Below are positions 20,557-30,883 of a stretch of 64,000 nt of DNA, piece by piece; the first letter of the stretch is position 1; every line of letters begins with the position of its first letter. A model generated the notes under the pieces. It saw only the letters and a list, made by a program, of their open reading frames with translations. It ran no database searches and was not told the DNA's origin. The stretch covers positions 21,363-85,362 of the IMG/VR virus record IMGVR_UViG_3300022848_000011; one strand, 5' to 3'. Source of the DNA: a virus. The translations under genes and the position numbers were made by a program.

Positions 20557-20916
20557 TCAAAATACATTTTCTATATCATCAATATTTAATTTATTGTTTT
20601 CGACTACTGTTTTTTTTACTTTACCATTCATTTCTTCTTTTACTTGTTGAATAATCTTTGCATCCATAGGATCATTAGGGTTTAGTGATTCTTCTTCAGA
20701 AATACTTACAATATTATCTAAATTAAACCAGGATTTAGTTTTCTTTGGAGAAAATACATTTTCTAGCAACAAGCCTTTTTCGTCAACAGATATGACTTTG
20801 CCCATGAAGTAATTATGAATTGTTTCTATAAATTTATCACCATTCTCTTCTCGGTAATTTCGATTAATACCTAGCGTTGTTATTGTACAGATTTTATTTA
20901 CAAATATATTTTTCAT
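20557..20916 (-). CDS. Hypothetical protein (possible Sm/SH3-like barrel)
   Basis: FMGKVISVDEKGLLL...WFNLDNIVSI; coupled to primase by overlap. Confidence 0.55.
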   Translation of the reverse strand: MKNIFVNKICTITTLGINRNYREENGDKFIETIHNYFMGKVISVDEKGLLLENVFSPKKTKSWFNLDNIVSISEEESLNPNDPMDAKIIQQVKEEMNGKVKKTVVENNKLNIDDIENVF

Positions 20917-21968
20917 AGTAGATTTAATTGAATATCAAGGGGATCGAAGTTTTTTGTTTTAAGAACATATTCTCTTATCAACTTTGGATTAACTTTATTG
21001 ATAATTGAATTCCAGTCTTTGTAACCTTTCGGCGGGTTTATATATTCAATTTTATTGAACCCTAAAGATTGCATTTTTTTACCATTTTCTATTAAGGCAT
21101 CAACACCAGGACCATCGAAATCGAATGCTAAAACAGGATCATAATCTTTTAGTATTTTGAGTTGACCTTCAGATAAGTATTTTCCTCCACTCGCACAAGC
21201 CCACACACCGCATCTAAAGAGACTTAACGCATCAAACTCCCCCTCAGTCACATACACCTTAGAACCCTTCTCAGGCCAATCCGGGAAGAATAAGACATCT
21301 TCTTTAGTAACACCGCTTTCTTCCCCAGCAGCTAAATATTTTGGAGCTTTTTCATAAGAGCCAAAATATCTACCATTAAAAAAGATAAGTTTCTTATTTT
21401 TGTCATAATAAGGGATAATAATTCTATCCCGATAAAACCCTGAAGTACAAACAAAGAAAAAACTTGCTGTAAAGCCTCTAGATTTCAGATATATGTCACA
21501 TTTCCTTCGTATTGGACTAATAGTAGGTATATCACTAACTAAACAAGTTCCAGGTGGCAATTTACATTCTTTAAACTCTTTTTGTACTTTTACTTCTTTT
21601 TCGACTTGTTGATCTTGATTTAATAATTCTTGAAATCTAATTTGGAGATCATCTATTGTAGCATCTCTACAACCTAAGGTTTGTAACGCTTCCCAATAAT
21701 TACAGCCATCGACTTGCATTACTAAAGATATCAATGACCCTCTTTTGTCGGTTTTCCAACAACGAAAGACACCATGTTCTACATTTTTCTTTCCACCACT
21801 AGGATTACACCACAAGTGTTGTTTAGAATCATCACAAAACACTGAATTAATTTTTATTTCATCATTTTTAATCTTTACAGGATCGAACCTAGCGTTTGCC
21901 CATTCTAGGAATATTTCAAAAGGTATGCTCATTTTTTTCTCTTTCAGATATTTTAAAGTAAAAGTCAA
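20913..21968 (-). CDS. DNA primase (DnaG/T4 gp61-like)
   Basis: N-terminal Zn-binding region; RIIIPYY...FFNGR; Toprim VTEGEFDAL and FDFDGPG; KDWN. Likely start 21932. Confidence 0.9.
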   Translation of the reverse strand: MTFTLKYLKEKKMSIPFEIFLEWANARFDPVKIKNDEIKINSVFCDDSKQHLWCNPSGGKKNVEHGVFRCWKTDKRGSLISLVMQVDGCNYWEALQTLGCRDATIDDLQIRFQELLNQDQQVEKEVKVQKEFKECKLPPGTCLVSDIPTISPIRRKCDIYLKSRGFTASFFFVCTSGFYRDRIIIPYYDKNKKLIFFNGRYFGSYEKAPKYLAAGEESGVTKEDVLFFPDWPEKGSKVYVTEGEFDALSLFRCGVWACASGGKYLSEGQLKILKDYDPVLAFDFDGPGVDALIENGKKMQSLGFNKIEYINPPKGYKDWNSIINKVNPKLIREYVLKTKNFDPLDIQLNLL

Positions 21969-22011
21969 ATCAAATCAAGATATTATTCGAGTTAAAGGAC
22001 TTTAATAGGTC

Positions 22012-22836
22012 ATGAACATTAATCATCTATCTGTTTCTAGATATAATCTGTACAAAGAATGCGAGCAAAAATACAAATTCAAATATCATTTAAAGGTGCC
22101 TTCTCCAAAAGAAGAGCAATTTCATTTTACTTACGGAAAAGTGATTCACAAAGTAGCAGAAGAGTTTATCGAACTAAAAGGTGAAAAAAGTCTGCAAGAT
22201 ATTTTGCTCAGTATTTTAACTGGAGAAATGTCTTTAGAAAGATCTGATCAACCTGGGAAACGTATAAACTTGCCGAAAGATTTCCAAGTAAGGGTTCCAG
22301 ACCACCTACGTTCTATTGAGAAACTTAATAAACAAGTAGGAGTAAGAGGAGAACTTGAATGGGAATTTAAATATGATTTAGATCCACCTAATGAGAAATT
22401 TGTATACGGTTTTATTGACAGAATTATTCAAGAAAAAGATCATTTTTTTGTATTAGATTATAAAACAACAAAAAAGGGTGGTTGGAGAAAAAATATCAAT
22501 ACAGTAAAAGATGATATTCAATTAAAAACATACGCTCTTATGGTAAGGGAACATTATAACGTCCCTGCAAAGAATATTTATACAGCTTTGTATTATCTTG
22601 AAGGGGCTGATTTAATTGGTGCTAGATTTACAGAAGATGATTTAGATAAAACTAAAGAAGAATTATTAAAAAGTTATAATAGCATACAAGATAAAAACCC
22701 AGATAAAGTCTGGGGTAACGTTGGCTTCCAATGTGAAAGATGTGATTATAAATCTTTATGTCCGTTTGTTGCTAACGGAAAAAATCGGATTTCCATTGGG
22801 GCAAAGGCGTATGAACTTCCTGAGGGATGGGTATAA
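22012..22836 (+). CDS. PD-(D/E)XK exonuclease, RecB/AddB/Cas4-like
   Basis: LSVSRY..YKEC, GKVIHKVAE, GFIDRI, VLDYKT, QLKTYA, and CERCDYKSLC (1+3 Cys Fe-S arrangement). Confidence 0.9.
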   Translation: MNINHLSVSRYNLYKECEQKYKFKYHLKVPSPKEEQFHFTYGKVIHKVAEEFIELKGEKSLQDILLSILTGEMSLERSDQPGKRINLPKDFQVRVPDHLRSIEKLNKQVGVRGELEWEFKYDLDPPNEKFVYGFIDRIIQEKDHFFVLDYKTTKKGGWRKNINTVKDDIQLKTYALMVREHYNVPAKNIYTALYYLEGADLIGARFTEDDLDKTKEELLKSYNSIQDKNPDKVWGNVGFQCERCDYKSLCPFVANGKNRISIGAKAYELPEGWV

Positions 22837-23731
22837 ATTCAGGGGGATATGTCTTATTTGGGGTTGCCCTGTCTAATATTTTTATATCTCTAGCCAAGTG
22901 GTTATTTATTTCAAGTAAATAATTAAATTTGTTTTCTTTGAACTTACTGTAAATTGCAGATAATGGAGTAAAATAACCAATACCAGATCCACTTTTGGTG
23001 TCAGAAGTACCCCAACATACACCTATGTAAATATTATCATTAGTAATCATACCACCACCAGAACGTCCAGGACGTGGACTATTACGCCTAAAAATAGCAT
23101 CAACACCACGATATTCTACAAACTCCATTTCATATCTAGCTACTTCTCTTCCGCCATCACAACCAACACTATTATATAAATTTCCTTTGTTTATAATATA
23201 GTCTTCTTTTGCAATAGGAAAATACCTAGGAACCCAATCTGGTTTAAAGCTTAATAAGCTTACGTCAAAACCTCTATCATTACTCCAAAATAAAACATCA
23301 GCATCATATTTTTTAGGACTGCTTAATTTTTTATTGTTTTGATACCAAAATATTAATTGAGCTTTTTGAGGATTTTTTTGCAATTCCACGGCTGTTTTAT
23401 TACCTGCCCATAGATGACCACAAGAAATAACGTATGCCGTATTATTTTTTGAGTTATAATAACAAATTGTCCCAGAACCTGATCCTTTTTGGACTTGAAC
23501 TTTAGGAGAAGCAGATAAAAATTTCCAGTATTCACTTTCTCTTTGTTCTTTTGGGGCTGATTGAAAAAATGATAATTGTGGAGTAGAGTTTTCAACAATC
23601 GGCATGTCGATTGTTCCCTTGTCGGCAATTTTACCAACAATAGGATCACTACTCCATTGTTTATGGTACTTGAAAACTATCAAGAAGATAATGCTTAATA
23701 TTAAGACTATGAGCGTTTTGTTTTCTTTCAT
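22772..23731 (-). CDS. Membrane-anchored trypsin-like serine protease
   Basis: N-terminal hydrophobic helix; GSGT, SCGH (His), DVSLL (Asp), GRSGGG (Ser). Confidence 0.85.
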   Translation of the reverse strand: MKENKTLIVLILSIIFLIVFKYHKQWSSDPIVGKIADKGTIDMPIVENSTPQLSFFQSAPKEQRESEYWKFLSASPKVQVQKGSGSGTICYYNSKNNTAYVISCGHLWAGNKTAVELQKNPQKAQLIFWYQNNKKLSSPKKYDADVLFWSNDRGFDVSLLSFKPDWVPRYFPIAKEDYIINKGNLYNSVGCDGGREVARYEMEFVEYRGVDAIFRRNSPRPGRSGGGMITNDNIYIGVCWGTSDTKSGSGIGYFTPLSAIYSKFKENKFNYLLEINNHLARDIKILDRATPNKTYPPEFIPIPQEVHTPLPQWKSDFFR

Positions 23732-23769
23732 GATAATTATTTAAAGAGTAATTACACTATAATAGAGAT

Positions 23770-24324
23770 ATGAAATTATCAAATATAAAACCAGATACGA
23801 TTCTTTTTTGTTCTCATACAATATTCTTAGATAAAAAAGAACGAAAAATTTTATCTAACGGAAATGATTTAATAGCTGAAGGTGTTTATTCTTTTGTATG
23901 GTATATTTATAATATGGAATCTAAAATATTTCTATGCACTGAGCCAATTGAAGAATCATTTGTTACATATGAAATAATAGCAACCAAACCAGAACCAGAC
24001 ATTATACTAAATAAACAAAAGAATGGTTTCAAATTAATTCTCCCGCAATTACCCTCAGACTATAAGATCCCCCAACCAATTTCTATAGAATTATTGACAC
24101 AATTAACATTTGAAGACAAATTATTGTATGAAAAAAAGAGAAGAAAATGGTTTGTCGAAAACCCAATTCCTCCAAATATAGAAATGCTAAAAGACAAGAA
24201 AAAATATCCAGGAAAATTAAATTTTCAAATGAAAAAAAGATTTGTAATAAATAATAAAAATATAGACAACATCAACTTTATTGACATCAAATCCAAGGAA
24301 TCACTAGTAAAAAGTTTTATTTAA
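23770..24324 (+). CDS. Hypothetical protein
   Basis: 184-aa ORF preceded by ACTATAAT. Confidence 0.6.
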   Translation: MKLSNIKPDTILFCSHTIFLDKKERKILSNGNDLIAEGVYSFVWYIYNMESKIFLCTEPIEESFVTYEIIATKPEPDIILNKQKNGFKLILPQLPSDYKIPQPISIELLTQLTFEDKLLYEKKRRKWFVENPIPPNIEMLKDKKKYPGKLNFQMKKRFVINNKNIDNINFIDIKSKESLVKSFI

Positions 24325-24818
24325 CTTGTACTATCTCTTAATGATAAACCTAATTGTAGACTGATAAATTCTGAATTAGCAACAATAGTTGAATTAGGAA
24401 GCCTTACAGATGAAATCAATAATCCCTCTGAAGAAGGAGATGTTGATAGAAAGAAATTGGTGACAGGACCCCAAGACCCACCATCAGACCTAAATGTAAT
24501 AATTGGTGAATTGATCTGAAAAGTCCCATTTTGCTCTTCAATTGTTTCAAAAGAACTACTCGTTACGAATTGTCTTTGATAACCGTTTATACTAGGCTCA
24601 GATTGTATTGTTGATAACGTATCATCTGCACTTAATGACGATCTAGCATCTAATCCAAAATAATAATTCAATGGTCTTGTTTGTAAACCAAAACATACTT
24701 CAAGCATAAACTTCTCTCCTTCATCATGCAATATGTTTTTTAAGTTTTTATAACTATACAAAAGTTCATTTTCTCTATAATGATTTAATTCTTTAATTGT
24801 TACTAGACCGCTCCACAT
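24321..24818 (-). CDS. Putative tail/baseplate structural protein
   Basis: NILHDEGE...EPSINGYQRQ...ITF...GGSWGPVTNFFL pattern seen in phage tail proteins. Confidence 0.55.
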   Translation of the reverse strand: MWSGLVTIKELNHYRENELLYSYKNLKNILHDEGEKFMLEVCFGLQTRPLNYYFGLDARSSLSADDTLSTIQSEPSINGYQRQFVTSSSFETIEEQNGTFQINSPIITFRSDGGSWGPVTNFFLSTSPSSEGLLISSVRLPNSTIVANSEFISLQLGLSLRDSTS

Positions 24819-24921
24819 TAGTTTATCCTCAAAATAATTTCTACTTACTTAAAGTAGTTAGATTTATTAAATTATGATAATGTAAAGACTAAATAAAATA
24901 ATTACTCTGTTTGGTATCACA

Positions 24922-25641
24922 ATGACCAAAAAGCTTCCAAAGATCATAGGTGCTTTATTTTTATTTGCAATGTTTACATTGTTTTTATCTTTAGAAACAC
25001 AAAAGAAATATTCTGTTGAAAAATATAGAAATACATATACTAATCAATATGTTTCAAAAACAGGTGTAATTAATCCTGTAGGAACCCAATCATCAATAGA
25101 GTACAAAAATAGAGTTCCAAACTATACAGGAATTCAATGTGTTTATTCATCTATCGAGACTTTAGGAAGACATGCTGGAGAAATAAAACTAATTGATCCA
25201 CCAATTACTTCTAGAAGTAATTGTAAATCCTATTCAGATCCTTATAGAGCAGGTAAAATTTTAACAGATCTTGGAGTTAAGTTTAAACAAGAATATAATG
25301 ATAGATCTTTATCTTTGGATTTATTGAAAAAATCCTTATCAGAAGGAAGAGGGTGTACTTTTTCTATACCAGGACACGTTATGGTAGCAGTACATTACTC
25401 AGAAGAAGAAGATAGATTTTGCTGGATAGATAATAGTGATAGATCACTAAAAGTTCAACAAACTAGTATTGCAAACTTTCACAAAATGTGGAATGGTTGG
25501 GTTTTAGTAATATACACTGATAATGATCTTTTTCATTTCAGAGAAAGAATCAAGAATATACCTATTATTGATAGATTAAACCTCAATTATGAGATACCCA
25601 AAGACTATGTTCCATTTCCAAAAAATAATGATTATAATTAG
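24922..25641 (+). CDS. Membrane-anchored papain-fold (C39-like) cysteine peptidase
   Basis: N-terminal TM helix; QCVYSSIETLG (Cys), PGHVM (His), WIDNSD (Asp/Asn). Confidence 0.65.
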   Translation: MTKKLPKIIGALFLFAMFTLFLSLETQKKYSVEKYRNTYTNQYVSKTGVINPVGTQSSIEYKNRVPNYTGIQCVYSSIETLGRHAGEIKLIDPPITSRSNCKSYSDPYRAGKILTDLGVKFKQEYNDRSLSLDLLKKSLSEGRGCTFSIPGHVMVAVHYSEEEDRFCWIDNSDRSLKVQQTSIANFHKMWNGWVLVIYTDNDLFHFRERIKNIPIIDRLNLNYEIPKDYVPFPKNNDYN

Positions 25642-26008
25642 TATTTTATTTTTATTATTACTTAATGCTAGTTGTGAACCAGCAATCGTATCTCCAATTG
25701 TGAATGGCTACATTACATGGCAAAATGGTGAAGCCCATAAATACTACGAAAATAATGATGTTATTATAATAAATGCAACTAAAAGAGCGTGTTTAGATTT
25801 AGGGTTAAAAATTAAGAAAAATATTAGAAGTCGCTATTATTATAATATAATAGCGACTTCTAAAAATGACTTTAATATCAAGATAAAAAAAATCAATAAA
25901 AATATATCTAAAGTTTCTATAAGGATAGACTTTATGGGAGATAAACCATTTAGTGAATTTATTTATAAAAAAATAGACGAAGAAATACCTAGAATAGTTT
26001 ACTATTAA
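25589..26008 (+). CDS. DUF3568-like lipoprotein
   Basis: Hydrophobic signal with lipobox LNAS-C; ATKRACLDLGL...SKVSIRIDFMGDKPFSEFIYKKI resembles DUF3568. Confidence 0.6.
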   Translation: MRYPKTMFHFQKIMIIISILFLLLLNASCEPAIVSPIVNGYITWQNGEAHKYYENNDVIIINATKRACLDLGLKIKKNIRSRYYYNIIATSKNDFNIKIKKINKNISKVSIRIDFMGDKPFSEFIYKKIDEEIPRIVYY

Positions 26009-27381
26009 GCGATCTTATTCCTAATAATTTTATCTTCTTCTATATTCCAATAGTTTTTATCTCCCAAAAGATCCTTTCTATTAATATAATCTATACAAAA
26101 TTTACTACTTTGAATTATAGACATAAAATCACTTTTTTCTATATCGATTAATTCATTGTTAGAATTAAAATAGTATGCATCGTCACTAGGAACATCTAAT
26201 TTATAATTTGCTAAATCATTACTTAAAGAAGAAATATCACCACTATCAATATAACTAGAAAGTTTAATCTCTCTTCCGTTATCTACTACAATAGATTTTA
26301 AATCACCTTCTTCTTTTATTTTTAATTTAGTATCATCCAACTGATCAATCACCTGATCTAAAGTTAATTTGTTGAATATTTTTACTTTAGGTCTAACAAT
26401 CTTCCAATCAAGAAAAACTTTATGTAAAATATCGTGTTTTTCTTGATTGTCTTGTATTTGTCTTAACATAGTTTTTGCGACAGATCCAAGAAACAAAATT
26501 TGTCTTGGAGCTTTAGTAGCAGCAGAAACTAAATCGAAATATGCTTCATCAATTGTTTTCAATAAAATTTCTTCTTTGTTTATTTTGTTTTTAGACCTTA
26601 ACTCGAACAATAAAATAAAATACTCATACCAAGCACTTAAAAACACTCTTCCGAAACTATGACATTCAGCAATCAATTGATTGTTTTTTCCTTCTTTGGG
26701 TAATAAAAGAGGGTCTTTATATTTAAACTTGACAGTTGCATCTCTTAACGAATGAGACAAAGATCCGTTTTGTCCATTTGACATTTTATGAAGAAGAATG
26801 CCGAACTCTTCAGCTAAACTAGAAGCAATATTTTTGTTCCTAATATTATCTTTTGTTTGTTTTATAAATAATTCTCTAGTTGCTTCGTATTGCAGAATCG
26901 AGAAAATAGCATATGCATCAGCAAATGTTTCATGAAATGACCATACTTCTAAACTCACAGTATTCCACAAGTCGGGTCTTATAGCATCTAATAATGCATG
27001 ACCTAATTCATGAGCAACAATGTCTTGAGAGTCACTTGTATATAAGATTGGTTGATTCTTACTTTTACCAACAAAGAAAGAAAGCGATCTTCTATCATAA
27101 TACGCATTATAATTATATCCTGCATTGGGATGAATCATGAGTCTTCTAGTTCCTGCCCAGCTTTTTACAAAAACATTAGACATACCAAGAAATTTATTTA
27201 TCCCGTTTGACAAAGTTACTTGTATATTATTTTTCCTATATAAATTATTTTCATTCAATTGATTTATAAATATTTTATAAGCAAGTCTACCAGTTATCTC
27301 ACGAGGCAGGTCCACTTCTTGTGTTAAGTCAGGTGTAGATGGGTCATTTATCAAATAATTATGTTTATTTTCCATTTTCAT
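26005..27381 (-). CDS. Zinc metalloprotease (M4/M36 gluzincin-like)
   Basis: NAYYDR, DIVAHELGHALLD (HExxH), FHETFAD, ECHSFGRVF. Confidence 0.85.
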   Translation of the reverse strand: MKMENKHNYLINDPSTPDLTQEVDLPREITGRLAYKIFINQLNENNLYRKNNIQVTLSNGINKFLGMSNVFVKSWAGTRRLMIHPNAGYNYNAYYDRRSLSFFVGKSKNQPILYTSDSQDIVAHELGHALLDAIRPDLWNTVSLEVWSFHETFADAYAIFSILQYEATRELFIKQTKDNIRNKNIASSLAEEFGILLHKMSNGQNGSLSHSLRDATVKFKYKDPLLLPKEGKNNQLIAECHSFGRVFLSAWYEYFILLFELRSKNKINKEEILLKTIDEAYFDLVSAATKAPRQILFLGSVAKTMLRQIQDNQEKHDILHKVFLDWKIVRPKVKIFNKLTLDQVIDQLDDTKLKIKEEGDLKSIVVDNGREIKLSSYIDSGDISSLSNDLANYKLDVPSDDAYYFNSNNELIDIEKSDFMSIIQSSKFCIDYINRKDLLGDKNYWNIEEDKIIRNKIA

Positions 27382-27424
27382 TCTCCTTAATTAAAAAAAC
27401 CTAATTATTTATACATGGTGTTAC

Positions 27425-28030
27425 ATGGTTTCCTTCGAAGATAAATTTAATAGACTAAAAGAACAACGAGTTATAGAGGCTAATAATAAAAAATTAATTG
27501 GAAACAAAGGCAAAATAAGGTTTATTTTGAATTTATTTGGAGAAGAGATTTACGATCAAGGAGAAATTGATTTTAACCACAATACCGTTTATTCTAACCC
27601 TAATAATTTATTAGAAAGTATGCCTATGTTCGATATGTACGAATCTGGGACTAGTGTTAATGATAACAAAAGGTTTGAAGGAGATGTTTGGAAAAATTTT
27701 AATCCAAATTTTATACAAGGTCATACTAATATAGTTGGACTATACTTTGATGGGTTATCTATGGGAATGCATATAGAATTACAATATTATTCAATTGAAG
27801 AAAAACTAGAAGTTACTTGGCAAGGAAGAATTGTATTACAGGAAATTTCTGGGGATTTAATTCGATTCACGCCTGCCAAAGATTGGGAAGAAGCAATTGA
27901 TAAACTTCATCTATTAGCAACAAAGAAAAAGAAGATAACTACTAAGACAGACAAACAAAAAAATGCGACCTTACAAGAAGGTCGCAAAAAGAAGATCCTA
28001 GATCATATAAAAGATTTTTGGGGTGTTTGA
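27425..28030 (+). CDS. Hypothetical protein
   Basis: 201-aa ORF, no recognised motif. Confidence 0.65.
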   Translation: MVSFEDKFNRLKEQRVIEANNKKLIGNKGKIRFILNLFGEEIYDQGEIDFNHNTVYSNPNNLLESMPMFDMYESGTSVNDNKRFEGDVWKNFNPNFIQGHTNIVGLYFDGLSMGMHIELQYYSIEEKLEVTWQGRIVLQEISGDLIRFTPAKDWEEAIDKLHLLATKKKKITTKTDKQKNATLQEGRKKKILDHIKDFWGV

Positions 28031-28648
28031 TTACATGACAAATAATACATAAATAATTCCTGCAACAATAGCAGCCATCACTCCGTACAATAACCAATCC
28101 ACCCAATCATTATTAGCAGAATTGCCATCATATTTTTCTTCAAGAGTACTTTGAACAGAAACCTTTTCTTTCGGTGCTGTTAAAGGACCAACTCGATTAA
28201 GATACTCATCAAAAGCATCCCGAATATCTTGTCTGACATCATCACGAGAAACACATTCTGAATTACGTACAACATCTTGTGATGTTATGGTTTTTTGTGA
28301 ATTAAGTGCTTGACGAGAAACAAGATGTTCTACAACCGTTAGAGGAGCACTTGGATCTGCTGATTCCTTGACCCTGTCAATGACTTCACCAGTAGCTTCA
28401 TCAATGTATTCTGTTTCTCTTTCATATACACAAGGACGGCGTTTCTCAACTACTCTTTGTGCTAAATTTTTCTGAATTGGCGGTTCAACATAAACCTCAG
28501 TTATAGTTTCACCGTCACATTCGGTACCTTCATCAAAAACATGTCTTTCTGCTCTACGACCATCTTCGTAAAGAAATTGTCTTTTATCTTTGCTCATTCT
28601 ATTCCTCTTTTTTACTATTGGATCTTCTTTTATATGATGCTTAGTCAT
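28031..28648 (-). CDS. Hypothetical protein with C-terminal transmembrane anchor
   Basis: Ends in WLLYGVMAAIVAGIIYVLFVM. Confidence 0.7.
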   Translation of the reverse strand: MTKHHIKEDPIVKKRNRMSKDKRQFLYEDGRRAERHVFDEGTECDGETITEVYVEPPIQKNLAQRVVEKRRPCVYERETEYIDEATGEVIDRVKESADPSAPLTVVEHLVSRQALNSQKTITSQDVVRNSECVSRDDVRQDIRDAFDEYLNRVGPLTAPKEKVSVQSTLEEKYDGNSANNDWVDWLLYGVMAAIVAGIIYVLFVM

Positions 28649-28704
28649 ATTAAAATAGTTGTTAAAATTCTAAAAACATCAATTAATATAATTATTTTTC
28701 TAAA

Positions 28705-29613
28705 TTATGGAGGTGTAATCAAATCGCCTGCCTCTAATGTATGAGGAACAGAAAATTCCCGTAAAACATTCCCACTTCCATCTAATTCTGTAATATTTTT
28801 TATTGAAAAATCGCCAGCTTCAGCACCAGCAGGATATACAATTTCTTCAACTGTTGATGCTGATGCAACATTGCTTCTAGACTTGAACATAAATGTCGTT
28901 GATTTACCTACAAGTAATTCCCAATCTGCCTTAGTTACAGATGAATTATAATTTTTTGATTTACCAAATTCATCTTGATTATTTTCGATCACATCATCAT
29001 CTACTTCAGAATCTCCTCCACTATTAGAAGGACTCAATTCCACAAGCATGTTATTACCGTCTTCAAACGCTAATAAACCATTAGAATTGCGATTAAAAAC
29101 AGTATGCCGCCTAAAGTAAGAAGGTAATTGTGCTACACCAGCCCTGTCATTAAAACCAAGAACTGATTCTGCTTGACCATTCATGATATAAAACTTCATT
29201 CTATCAGCACTTCTCTTCTGCTCAAGAACAATTTTATTATTTTGGAAAGACGCTTTAAAAAAGGTTGCAAATAAATCATTCTTGTTAAGACTATCAACAA
29301 TCTGATAAGGTTTAACATTAGATGAATCTATTGTGTAAGTCAATTCTGAATCTTCTGTTAAATCATATTCAGAAGTCATCCAATTCAAAAAATTTGAATC
29401 TATTGCATATCTGATTTTTAAAATATTATTGTTATTATCATCTGAATCCGTACCACTCAAATCATAACCATCTTCAGTTGGTCTCCAATTAGCAACTGAT
29501 GTCAATGATCTTCCTGAATTGATAGGACATTTAAAAACAGGGCTTAATTGCCTATCTTCTAATGATAAATTTCCATAAAAGTCAGCGAAAAATGGATTTT
29601 GAAACCATGCCAT
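28705..29613 (-). CDS. Hypothetical protein (possibly virion)
   Basis: 302-aa ORF with AAGGT RBS and upstream TATATA. Confidence 0.65.
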   Translation of the reverse strand: MAWFQNPFFADFYGNLSLEDRQLSPVFKCPINSGRSLTSVANWRPTEDGYDLSGTDSDDNNNNILKIRYAIDSNFLNWMTSEYDLTEDSELTYTIDSSNVKPYQIVDSLNKNDLFATFFKASFQNNKIVLEQKRSADRMKFYIMNGQAESVLGFNDRAGVAQLPSYFRRHTVFNRNSNGLLAFEDGNNMLVELSPSNSGGDSEVDDDVIENNQDEFGKSKNYNSSVTKADWELLVGKSTTFMFKSRSNVASASTVEEIVYPAGAEAGDFSIKNITELDGSGNVLREFSVPHTLEAGDLITPP

Positions 29614-29688
29614 AATTGAATTACCTTATCAGTTAATTTAAAAACACACAATTATGTAGTGTTTTTGTTTTAATATAGTTTATATATT

Positions 29689-29733
29689 ACACAAAAATAG
29701 GGATAATATCAAACATTATCCCTATTTTTGTGT
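29689..29733. terminator. 19-bp perfect inverted repeat, probably a bidirectional terminator
   Basis: ACACAAAAATAGGGATAAT-atcaaac-ATTATCCCTATTTTTGTGT. Confidence 0.75.
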
Positions 29734-29742
29734 CATTTATTC

Positions 29743-30075
29743 TTAAACACCTTCGGTCAAGACTGACAGAATTCCTGATTTTCGTAGTGTACTTAGTTCT
29801 AATTCTGATTTTTTAGCAGACTTTCGAAGGGGAAGACGCTTATCAACACTCTTGATTTTAGCTATTTTATCCAATCGGTAACTTTTAACGGGTGCCGTTT
29901 CTAAAGTAGAATAAACACTTTTTCCACTTCTCAATTCATATCCTGTAACTACATTGCCTGTTCGCTCAATAATAGCAACCACTTTCCTCACAGGATGTGA
30001 GTGCGATCCTTTGTAATAAAATCGCCAAATAGGGGTCTTCTTAACTAAATTAATATCATTCATTATATTCTCCAA
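29743..30075 (-). CDS. WYL-like domain protein
   Basis: RFYY...R.V......VTGYE...VKSYRLDKI matches the WYL 'R.F(R)LDRI' signature. Confidence 0.5.
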   Translation of the reverse strand: MENIMNDINLVKKTPIWRFYYKGSHSHPVRKVVAIIERTGNVVTGYELRSGKSVYSTLETAPVKSYRLDKIAKIKSVDKRLPLRKSAKKSELELSTLRKSGILSVLTEGV

Positions 30076-30078
30076 AAT

Positions 30079-30624
30079 TTAAAATTTTCTTAACATTCGT
30101 AACATTTCATTCGCATCAGATCTAGAATGCATAATTTGATCTTCTAAGAAAATCTCAATATACTTTCCGTCTACTTTAACTTTATCAACGTTACTTTCCT
30201 GTAACAATTGTGTATCTTCAATTCTTTTTACATAATTATTTACAACCTCATCTTCAAGATTAATGGCTTGTTGTAACAAGGAACTAACATCGTTTTTTGC
30301 TATAATATTTTTAGGAATATCACAATTACTTAATTTTTCATTGATGTTATTTTTACCTGAAAAATTAACGTAAACACCATGCCTAATAGACAAGCTGAAA
30401 ATAAGATTTCGAAATTCATCCACATGACCCATTTCACTCTTAGCTTCTTCTAAAAAGAACTCTCTGTATTCTAATCTTTCAGGACCCGCTATAGAAGAAG
30501 CTGCCTCTAAATAGAATCTCATGTGAGACATTTCATTACAAAAATCATCGATTAACACATCAATCATTTTTGTAATTATTTTTAATGGATCATCAGTCGT
30601 CTTTTTTTGCAAAACCAATTTCAT
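30079..30624 (-). CDS. Ferritin-like (bacterioferritin-type) protein
   Basis: NEMSHMRFY, EEAKSEMGH, LEDEVVNNY helices carry di-iron ligands. Confidence 0.7.
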   Translation of the reverse strand: MKLVLQKKTTDDPLKIITKMIDVLIDDFCNEMSHMRFYLEAASSIAGPERLEYREFFLEEAKSEMGHVDEFRNLIFSLSIRHGVYVNFSGKNNINEKLSNCDIPKNIIAKNDVSSLLQQAINLEDEVVNNYVKRIEDTQLLQESNVDKVKVDGKYIEIFLEDQIMHSRSDANEMLRMLRKF

Positions 30625-30877
30625 CTCCTATAAGTACAAGCTTTACACGTTGTTGAAAAATAGCATTTACCAACAACTTACCACTTATTTTATCTTCAAC
30701 AAATCTAATCACTTTCTCTATATCATCTAATTCTGTTATATCCGACTCTATACACGTTTTTATTACAGAATCAATTTCTTCTTCAGAGATCAAACAAAAC
30801 TTATCGTCTTTTTCTACCCAATTCAAGTCATCCATTGGTATAATATCATTTAATTTTTTTAAATCTAAATCATTCAT
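30593..30877 (-). CDS. Hypothetical protein
   Basis: 94-aa ORF in the operon. Confidence 0.6.
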   Translation of the reverse strand: MNDLDLKKLNDIIPMDDLNWVEKDDKFCLISEEEIDSVIKTCIESDITELDDIEKVIRFVEDKISGKLLVNAIFQQRVKLVLIGDEIGFAKKDD

Positions 30878-30883
30878 AATAAA

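Noticed and set aside
22012-22836. Cas4-like gene as part of a CRISPR-Cas system
   Set aside because: No cas1/cas2 or array nearby; stand-alone nucleases of this type next to primase are common in phages.
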